Part shown: positions 57,317-64,000 of the stretch, piece after piece | How positions within the stretch are numbered: position 1 is the first letter of the stretch | Layout of the letters: every line of letters starts with the position of its first letter | Source: Candidatus Latescibacterota bacterium | GTDB taxonomy: Bacteria > Latescibacterota > UBA2968 > UBA8231 | NCBI GenBank assembly: GCA_965261395.1 | Contig: OZ253462.1 | Span: forward strand, 6,080,001 to 6,144,000 | DNA: 64,000 nucleotides | Reading direction: 5' to 3' | The notes under the pieces: model-generated | Told to the model about the DNA's origin: nothing | Seen by the model: the letters and a program-made list of their open reading frames with translations, nothing else | Database searches by the model: none | Translations under genes and position numbers: made by a program

Positions 57317-59311
57317 TCAGAACATCACCGGAATGACATTGCCCACTGTACCGGTAAACGCGTCGACGACCAGCCACAGACCTCCGGTGGCGAATTGACC
57401 GACGATTAGGCCGAGAAAAAAGGGGCGGATTTTGTGGTACAGACCGCCGCCGCCGTAGCGCAGGATAGCGAGTTTGATCAGCCAGGCCAAAAAGACGGAG
57501 AACCAGATGTAGCGCATGGTCCACCCGGCGCTGACGGCAAAGCCCAGCGGGTGGAAGGGCCACCACATCAGGCGCTGGCGGGCGATCATGAGGAGGGCCA
57601 TGACCAGGCCGCCGCTCAAGGTCCAGAGCCAGCCGTCGACGCTGACTCCAGAGGGCTCGCTCAATTTGCGCAGGGCGAATCTGGAGGGATAGCTCGGGAA
57701 GCTCTGGCCGAAAAACTGGCTGTGGAGATTGACCCCGCCATAGTCATAGGCGAGGTGGAGGGTGTAGTAGATGGAGACGGCCAGGGTGATGAACATGGCC
57801 CCAGCAATGCCCCACAGGAGCCGACGCCGGTTGCCCGCGGTCTCGCTGGTCAGGCGCAGGCCGTTGGACAGGGGTGCCATCATAAAGACCAGCAATTCGC
57901 CGACCCAGATGAGGGAGTAGGCCGCGGCCACCATGCCCTTGGCCCCCAGGGCCGGGACGCCCACCGCGGAAACCACGAAACCGAGGGGCACCATGGCCGG
58001 GCTCAATGTGGGGATGCCGGCCTCGACAATGGCACGTGTCAGGCCGATGAAGATGACGAGGGCCAAAAAGACGAACAGCGGCGCGATCCAGGCGGGAATG
58101 CCGCTTTGCCACAGCCAGAGGGTCATGCCCGCGGTGCCGACGAGAAGCCCCAACAGGGCGCTGCGGTAGGACATGATCTCATCGGCATCGTCGACCGGGG
58201 CCTTCCTGGACAGGGCTTGGCGCCACACCTCGGCCAGGTGGTGCCGCCCCACCCACAGGCCCGCCCCCACCATTACGATCAGGGCACCCATCATCTGGTG
58301 GCCGGTCACTGGGCTGCTCCAGGGGCCAAGGGTGGCCTGCAGGGTATTGATGCCCAACAGGCCGAGGACGTGTTGTTGCAGCGTGTAGATTAGGAGGAAA
58401 AACCACAGGCTGAGCGAGAGGGTGGAATTGATGAGGAAGGAGAAGCCCAGCATGAGGAAATTGAGGTTGACCGGCAGATTGGTGCCGAGGAAGGACACGC
58501 TGGTGTTCAGCCCGATCTGGGCCACGGAGGGGAAATAGTGGTGCAGGGCATTGAGGCTGCCGACCAGGAAGGGGATGGCAAAGCCGATCCACATGAGCCT
58601 GCTTTTAAAAAAGGGCTTGAGCAGGGAGGGCCGGCCCTCGTCCTCGATCATGGCTAGGGCCACCTGGGCCAGGGGATAGGCCAGGCGCTCGTGTTCGACC
58701 CACTGGCGGCGCAGGATCACGGCAATGGAGATGAGGGCGAGGTACAGGGCGGCGTAGAACAGCAGCCAGTAGCCCAAGGGAGGCAACCAGCTGGCCCAGG
58801 GGATGGCCGTGGTGCCGATACTGCCTTCGTAGAAACCGCGCACGGCCTCGGGGTCGCCCATCAGCATCCATTCGGTGAGATGGGGATGGACGACTTCGGC
58901 CCATTTGTTCTCGGCCGAGGCGTAGTAGTAGGTCCCGGTGATCATGGGCAGGAGCATGCCGGTCACGCCCCGGGTGGGGATGGCCGCGGCGACCATCATC
59001 ATAATGGCGATGGTGACCAGTTCGCCCCATTGCAGACCCCATTGCCGCTTGGGCAGGGCCAGTACCACGTGGACGGTAATCAGGAGGAAGAAAAGCAGGC
59101 AGTACGCCGCCGGGGTCGATGAGGAAAAGCCCATGGGCGTGCCCTTGACCAGCATGGTGGTATGGGGCACGCCCAAGGCGATGACAACGCACAGCAGGGC
59201 ACCGAGAAACAGGCCGCGGAAAGTGATGTGGGCGTCAGGGCGTTCCCGGGCCCGGGGCGCGGCGCGTTCGGCGATACGGGCCCGCAGACTGGCGGGAATT
59301 TCTTTTTTCAA
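57317..59311 (-). CDS. DUF6785/DUF6784-type polytopic membrane protein (OPT-like putative transporter)
   Basis: 'RRQWVEHERLAYP', 'WWPFHPLGF', 'RPFFLGLIVG'; many TM helices. Confidence 0.75.
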   Translation of the reverse strand: MKKEIPASLRARIAERAAPRARERPDAHITFRGLFLGALLCVVIALGVPHTTMLVKGTPMGFSSSTPAAYCLLFFLLITVHVVLALPKRQWGLQWGELVTIAIMMMVAAAIPTRGVTGMLLPMITGTYYYASAENKWAEVVHPHLTEWMLMGDPEAVRGFYEGSIGTTAIPWASWLPPLGYWLLFYAALYLALISIAVILRRQWVEHERLAYPLAQVALAMIEDEGRPSLLKPFFKSRLMWIGFAIPFLVGSLNALHHYFPSVAQIGLNTSVSFLGTNLPVNLNFLMLGFSFLINSTLSLSLWFFLLIYTLQQHVLGLLGINTLQATLGPWSSPVTGHQMMGALIVMVGAGLWVGRHHLAEVWRQALSRKAPVDDADEIMSYRSALLGLLVGTAGMTLWLWQSGIPAWIAPLFVFLALVIFIGLTRAIVEAGIPTLSPAMVPLGFVVSAVGVPALGAKGMVAAAYSLIWVGELLVFMMAPLSNGLRLTSETAGNRRRLLWGIAGAMFITLAVSIYYTLHLAYDYGGVNLHSQFFGQSFPSYPSRFALRKLSEPSGVSVDGWLWTLSGGLVMALLMIARQRLMWWPFHPLGFAVSAGWTMRYIWFSVFLAWLIKLAILRYGGGGLYHKIRPFFLGLIVGQFATGGLWLVVDAFTGTVGNVIPVMF

Positions 59312-59389
59312 GCCGGATGCCTAGATTGCAATCGCTCGGTGGGCTGGGCACGGGGATTTTGTGGAGGCCAAGCCCTGGCCTATCTTTGT

Positions 59390-59422
59390 CCCAACCTATG
59401 TTTTCCAGCCGAAGCTTGTCAA
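59390..59422 (-). promoter_or_regulatory. Putative promoter TTGACA-N18-TAGGTT(GGG)
   Basis: Same architecture as 14145-14177, upstream of the DUF6785 gene. Confidence 0.55.
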
Positions 59423-59567
59423 TGCCTTGTCAGGCCCGATGGACCAGGGCGCACTTGCCGCGCCGCGCCACTGAAATTGCGCCTGTCGGACAACCAGACG
59501 CGCATCCGCAAGATGGTCAGACTCGAATAACGCCTGCCCTATCACTCCCGTTTTCTTTTGAGACAAT

Positions 59568-60686
59568 ATGATCGATTATCCGCTCCAGCATGGTCTTGTC
59601 CAGGCAGGTACTCCGGTCGAAGTGGGCCAAGGCACCGGTCATTTCTGGTTTCCGTCCCTGCACCAAGTCGGCGACGACGCGCTGATTTGTGCCTGCATCC
59701 GCTCCGCCGATGTCGCGCAGGGGAAATGGCCGGCTGATCTTTTCGTGAGCCACGATGCCGGTGGTAGCTGGCACCCGGATCAGCGCATCGACTCGTACGG
59801 CCACACCTCCGTTCGAGATGCGTCGAGCACGTTGATGATGCCCTACGAGCAATGGCCGCAGTCGCCGGGAGACCGGCAAAATTGCGTTGCTCCGGGCAAC
59901 GTCCTGAAGATGGTCGATGGTGCACTCGTGGTCGAACCTCGGGACGTGCAGGTCTTTGATTTTCCGCGCCCGCTCGCCGATTACCACGAGGACGAGTTGC
60001 GGCTTCAGCACAGCGGCAACATCCTGCGCCTAAAGGATGGGAGCCTGTTGACGACGATGTACGGAAAATTCGATGGGGAAGAAGGCTATAATACGTTCGC
60101 AGTAGCCAGCGACGACGGGGGCTTTGCGTGGACGTACCGCAGCATTGTCGCCGGCCCGGATGCCGCGCCCGGCGCGCCCGAAGGCCCCAACGAATCGAAC
60201 ACTCTGCGGCTGGACAATGGCGACCTGCTGTGCGTCTATCGCGTCGGCGGTGGCTGGGATTTCCACAAGAGCATCAGCGCGGATGAAGGCCGGACGTGGT
60301 CACAGTCGGTGCGCATGGAAGGGATGGCCTCGGTGCAGCCGCGGCTAGCTCGGTTGGGAAACGGCGCGATAGTGCTGACCGGTGGCCGCCCGGGCCTGTT
60401 CCTCTGGCTCTGTGCCGATGGGCAGGGCGACCAATGGGAGCGGGTAAATCTGGGGGAGCATCACAACCGACTGGTCGAGCCGGATGCGGGTTTTTCGGAC
60501 GCCTTTTGCAACGCGCAGGCCGGAGAGGATCCTGCCATGAGTACGTCTTATACGGCGCTGATGCCTTGGGGGGCCGACGGGTTGATCGTGACCTATGACC
60601 GCTTGGCCAACGGCTGGGCTGGTGCCCCGGGACCGAATGGGGCCGTCGATCGGGTATTCAGCTTATCAGTAGCGATTTCTATCTAA
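59568..60686 (+). CDS. BNR/Asp-box repeat (sialidase-like beta-propeller) protein
   Basis: Asp-boxes SHDAGGSW, SDDGGFAW, SADEGRTW; 'GPNE', 'TSYT'; no RIP motif. Confidence 0.7.
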   Translation: MIDYPLQHGLVQAGTPVEVGQGTGHFWFPSLHQVGDDALICACIRSADVAQGKWPADLFVSHDAGGSWHPDQRIDSYGHTSVRDASSTLMMPYEQWPQSPGDRQNCVAPGNVLKMVDGALVVEPRDVQVFDFPRPLADYHEDELRLQHSGNILRLKDGSLLTTMYGKFDGEEGYNTFAVASDDGGFAWTYRSIVAGPDAAPGAPEGPNESNTLRLDNGDLLCVYRVGGGWDFHKSISADEGRTWSQSVRMEGMASVQPRLARLGNGAIVLTGGRPGLFLWLCADGQGDQWERVNLGEHHNRLVEPDAGFSDAFCNAQAGEDPAMSTSYTALMPWGADGLIVTYDRLANGWAGAPGPNGAVDRVFSLSVAISI

Positions 60687-60701
60687 AAGAAAGGACCGGC
60701 C

Positions 60702-62150
60702 ATGCCCCGGCAAAAACCCAATATCATCTACATCCTCGCCGACGATATGGGATACGGCGATATGGGATGTAACAACCCAGGCTGCAAAATTCCCACGCCT
60801 CATCTCGACCGCCTCGCCGCCCAGGGGATGCGGTTTACCGACGCTCACGCTTCCTCCAGCGTCTGCTCACCCAGCCGCTACGCCCTGCTCACTGGCCGCT
60901 ATTGCTGGCGCACCCCGCTCAAAAGCAGCGTCCTGTGGCCCTGGGATCCGCCCTTGATAGAAGCCGACCGCCCCACCGCGGCCAAGCTACTGCGCCAGCA
61001 GGGCTACCGCACCGCCTGCATCGGCAAGTGGCACCTCGGCTGGGAATGGGCGACCAAGGACGGCAAACCAGCCTGCGGAGACGCTCCCATTGGCCGCCTC
61101 AACCGCGACCAGCGCCAAGCCCTAGAGCGCAATATCGACTACAGCCAATCCATAGGCGGTGGCCCTCTATCCTGCGGCTTCGACTACTACTTTGGCGTCG
61201 ATGTGCCGAATTTTCCGCCCTACACTTGGTTTGAACAGGACCGGCTGGCCGCGGCCCCGACTGAGCAAAAGCCCGAGGAGATGTTCGGCCTGCCCGGGGC
61301 CATGAAGCCGGGCTGGAAACTGGAGGACATGGTCCCCGAATTCGTCCGCCGTGCCCGCGCCTACATCGCCGAAGCTGGCTCCGATCCCTTTTTCCTCTAC
61401 CTGCCGCTGACCTCGCCGCATACGCCGATTGTACCCAACCAGGACTTCATCGGCCGCAGCGGAGCGGGTCTGTACGGCGATTTCGTCTGTGAAGTCGATT
61501 GGGTGGTAGGGGAGATCGTGGCCGCGCTCGACGAGCAGGGGCTGGCCGACGACACGCTGCTCATCTTCACCAGCGACAACGGTCCCGAGTGCAGTCCAGC
61601 CGCGGCTGGCGGCTGCTACGAGCACGTGCGCCAATTTGGCCACTACAGCATGGCCCATTTGCGCGGCGCCAAGCGCGACACTTGGGAGGGCGGTCATCGC
61701 GTGCCCTTTGTCGCTCGCTGGCCCGGCGTCACTCCGGCCGGATCGGTCTGCGACCAGCTTGCTCTGTTGGGCGATTTTATGGCCACCTGCGCTCAGTTGA
61801 CTGGGGTTCAGGTGCCTCCGGGGGCGGCCGAGGACAGCATTAGCATACTGCCTTTGTTGCAGGGGCAAATTGACGCGCCAGTGCGCCGCTCGGCCGTGCA
61901 TCACAGTTGTTCGGGCCGCTTTGCCCTGCGCCAGGATGACTGGGTCTTTATCGACGCTCCTTCCGGCGACGACAACCGCGAGCCGGACTGGTTCAAGGCG
62001 GAGCGGGGCTATAGCGACCACGATTTTCCCGGGGAATTGTTCAACCTCAAAGACGACATTGCCGAGCGGCAGAATCTGTACGACCAGCACCCGGATATCG
62101 TGCGCAGTCTGTCGCGCCGCTTGGAAGCAATCCGCGGATTCAACTCGTAA
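60702..62150 (+). CDS. Arylsulfatase (Cys-type, S1 family); stop codon supplied by the IS30 inverted repeat
   Basis: 'PNIIYILADDMGYGD', CSPSR, 'GKWHLG', 'SDNG', 'GGHRVP'. Confidence 0.9.
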   Translation: MPRQKPNIIYILADDMGYGDMGCNNPGCKIPTPHLDRLAAQGMRFTDAHASSSVCSPSRYALLTGRYCWRTPLKSSVLWPWDPPLIEADRPTAAKLLRQQGYRTACIGKWHLGWEWATKDGKPACGDAPIGRLNRDQRQALERNIDYSQSIGGGPLSCGFDYYFGVDVPNFPPYTWFEQDRLAAAPTEQKPEEMFGLPGAMKPGWKLEDMVPEFVRRARAYIAEAGSDPFFLYLPLTSPHTPIVPNQDFIGRSGAGLYGDFVCEVDWVVGEIVAALDEQGLADDTLLIFTSDNGPECSPAAAGGCYEHVRQFGHYSMAHLRGAKRDTWEGGHRVPFVARWPGVTPAGSVCDQLALLGDFMATCAQLTGVQVPPGAAEDSISILPLLQGQIDAPVRRSAVHHSCSGRFALRQDDWVFIDAPSGDDNREPDWFKAERGYSDHDFPGELFNLKDDIAERQNLYDQHPDIVRSLSRRLEAIRGFNS

Positions 62151-63240
62151 GCGCAATTTCGCCATGTTTGGGTTGAACTTCTGTTTCCTTGCATAAGATT
62201 TCATGCGGCGTTTGAAATGCCAAGCCCTTTCGCGGTCGATGATTGAGCCGCTCCATGATGTGGTGTACCTGCGCCTGGGACAGCGTATCCAAGGCCGTCC
62301 CTTTGGGCACATACTGGCGAATCAGCCCGTTGGTGTTCTCGTTGAGTCCGCGCTCCCAGGCATGGTAGGGATGGGCAAAATACACAGCCGCGTCCAACGC
62401 TTGGCTGATCGTGGCATGGTGGGCAAACTCCTTGCCGTTATCGGCCGTAATCGTCTGGGTATGCCCCTTATGGGCAGCGAGCAACGCAATGGTGGCCGCC
62501 GCTACGTGCTCGGCCTGTTTGGAGGGGACTTTGCCCAGCACAGTATAGCGCGAGCGACGTTCCACCACCGAGACGAGCGCCCCGGTGCGTGCACGTCCCA
62601 TCACCAAGTCGATTTCCCAATCGCCGATGCGACTTTTTTCCTCCACGATGGCCGGTCGCTGGTCCATGCTGATGCGGCCTTTAATCTGCCCTCGGGCATC
62701 GGCTTTTCCATAACGTTTCTTGCGTTTCTTCTGACTGTGGCGCAGATGGCGATACAACATCCCGCCCGCCTGGCGATCCGCCTGGATGTGCTGGTAGATA
62801 CGCTGCGGACTCAATCGAAACCCGTCGGTCGTCGCCAGCCGACCCGCAATCTGCTCTGGACTCCACTGCTGACCCAGGCCCGCTTCGATGCGCTCGATGA
62901 CCGCCGCCGTCATCTTGGTCGCCTTCGCCTTGTGGCGACGACGCGCCAACGCTTTGTGATGGGCTTGGCCGGGACGATAGCCGCGTTGCCCTTGATTGCG
63001 CCGCAACTCCCGACAAATCGTCGAGGGCGATACCGCCACCGTCGCCGCGATGGACTGCTGATCATGCCCGGCTTTCTTCAGGGCGTAAATTTGGTATCTT
63101 TGATGCTCGGTCAACTGGTGATACGTTCCCATAAGCGCCTCCGTCGGGAGCTGCGTTTGAAATGGCCAGGGGAAATATACCAGTTGGCCTTTTCTATGCC
63201 AGCTACCCAAGCGATTGCACTTACAAGTTGAATTCAAGCC
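62138..63240 (-). mobile_element. IS30-family insertion sequence
   Basis: IRs ATTCAACTCGTAAGCGCAAT (62138-62157) and ATTGCACTTACAAGTTGAAT (63214-63233), 18/20 match; the right end extends to ...TCAAGCC 63240. Confidence 0.85.
62140..63132 (-). CDS. IS30-family transposase
   Basis: 'YHQLTEHQR', 'STICRELRRN', 'WSPEQI', 'GDWEID', 'TADNGKEF', 'WERGLNENTNGLIRQY', 'LNHRPRK'; start likely ATG 63132. Confidence 0.95.
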   Translation of the reverse strand: MGTYHQLTEHQRYQIYALKKAGHDQQSIAATVAVSPSTICRELRRNQGQRGYRPGQAHHKALARRRHKAKATKMTAAVIERIEAGLGQQWSPEQIAGRLATTDGFRLSPQRIYQHIQADRQAGGMLYRHLRHSQKKRKKRYGKADARGQIKGRISMDQRPAIVEEKSRIGDWEIDLVMGRARTGALVSVVERRSRYTVLGKVPSKQAEHVAAATIALLAAHKGHTQTITADNGKEFAHHATISQALDAAVYFAHPYHAWERGLNENTNGLIRQYVPKGTALDTLSQAQVHHIMERLNHRPRKGLAFQTPHEILCKETEVQPKHGEIALTS

Positions 63241-63775
63241 GGTTTTCCTGGGCCGAAAACCAACTATCGGCCCAGACCTAGCGGTAGCGCAGGCGATTCT
63301 GCTGGCAGGTCTGTAGCATCTGCCGCCGCCATTGGTTTTTAGTCACCTCGCTTTTGCGTTTGACCCGCCGCGTTTGGCGATCGCAAAACGGAATCGGTTT
63401 ACGCACTAACGCATAGGCCACCGGCACACGGACCTCGCCGGCCTGATAGATGCAATTGAGCAGATTCAAGCCTTTGACGGAGCGGTTTTTACTAGGATCG
63501 AAGGGCCAACAGATCAACTCATTTTCATCCGTGTACGGCTTTTGCTGAATCGTATCATCGAAAATGAGCACCCCGTCTTCGCGCTCGATGGTGCGCACCA
63601 CGGATTTGACTTGATGCCAGAGCTCTTTCGACGGGTCGTCGGCCTGAGACAAAAAGCGCGTCACGGGGTCGTGGCTGATTTGGCCATCCAACAAAGACGA
63701 AAGGCCGGTGGCGGTCGTAGCGCCAAAAGAACTCAACAGATAATCACTATAGAGGGCTAACAGTTTTTTATCCAT
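63241..63775 (-). pseudogene. IS701-family transposase remnant (internal stop, cut by IS30)
   Basis: 'LYSDYLLSSF', 'ISHD.VTRFL', 'LIFDDT..KPY'; TAG at 63278-63280, then 'VWADSWFSAQEN' up to the IS30 end; possible IS end near 63804-63818. Confidence 0.8.
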
Positions 63776-63920
63776 GTCAGAAAAGATAAACCAATGCCTA
63801 TGAGCTGCGTAATATCACTTATTCAGACATATTTAGCGACGGTAACGGAATAACAAGTTTTGGGCTAGACTTATCCCTTTGCAGTCCTTATAGTTATGAG
63901 TAGACAAAGGGAGTTAAGCT

Positions 63921-64000
63921 ATGAACCTAATCAGCATTTTCAACCAGTTTCCAGACCAGCAATCTTGCATCGCCCATTTAGAAGCCTTTTTAAAACTCTT
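63921..64000 (+). mobile_element. Probable IS1595-family transposase N-terminus (partial, window edge)
   Basis: RBS GGGAG then MNLISIFNQFPDQQSCIAHLE, resembling IS1595 TnpA N-termini; only 26 codons visible. Confidence 0.5.

Noticed and set aside
57434-58393. Long antisense ORFs (also 61167-62312, 32615-33496, 28791-29669)
   Set aside because: Typical GC-rich shadow ORFs opposite well-supported genes, with no RBS or family motifs.
59312-59567. Largest intergenic gaps (also 15035-15223, 53915-54014) as tRNA, riboswitch or ncRNA
   Set aside because: No cloverleaf, T-loop or known aptamer consensus is visible by eye; an Infernal/Rfam scan would be needed to exclude this fully.
62203-63231. 342-aa plus-strand ORF antisense to the IS30 transposase, also ending IALTS
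   Set aside because: Shadow frame; the shared ending simply reflects the inverted repeats, and it has no recognisable motifs.
63278-63280. In-frame TAG in the IS701 transposase as pyrrolysine or read-through
   Set aside because: The gene is also truncated by IS30 and appears to carry other substitutions in conserved positions, consistent with ordinary pseudogene decay.

Overview
GC-rich (roughly 60%) bacterial chromosomal window with no rRNA, tRNA or CRISPR array that I can detect. The gene content suggests a Latescibacterota/Handelsmanbacteria-like (FCB-related) marine or sponge-associated organism; this is an inference. Supporting genes include five PhyH-type dioxygenases, FlgD-Ig/CHU_C-tailed exoproteins, DUF6785-type membrane proteins, a CRTAC1/ASPIC-UnbV protein, fused MFS/spermidine synthases, sialidase-like proteins and a sulfatase. 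The most striking element is a ~13 kb minus-strand operon (26855-39750). It encodes three paralogous exported proteins ending in a shared 'xTPNGDxxND...V[AG]VxY' C-terminal domain, and two paralogous ~950-aa putative outer-membrane proteins with acidic Ca-binding-like motifs. It is flanked by a GT-C/TPR glycosyltransferase, SurA/PpiC foldases and a divergently encoded protein with a 'TAVExxTWGxIKxxF' tail. This is a candidate uncharacterised export or surface-display system. Other points of interest: an active/pseudo-enzyme PhyH pair; a DegT-isochorismatase-double-deacetylase operon; a 28-bp GTAG REP-like palindrome; a repeated TTGACA-N18-TAGGTTGGG promoter; a head-to-head double 5'-truncation junction at ~51035; several frameshifts; and an IS30/IS701/IS1595 pile-up at the right end.
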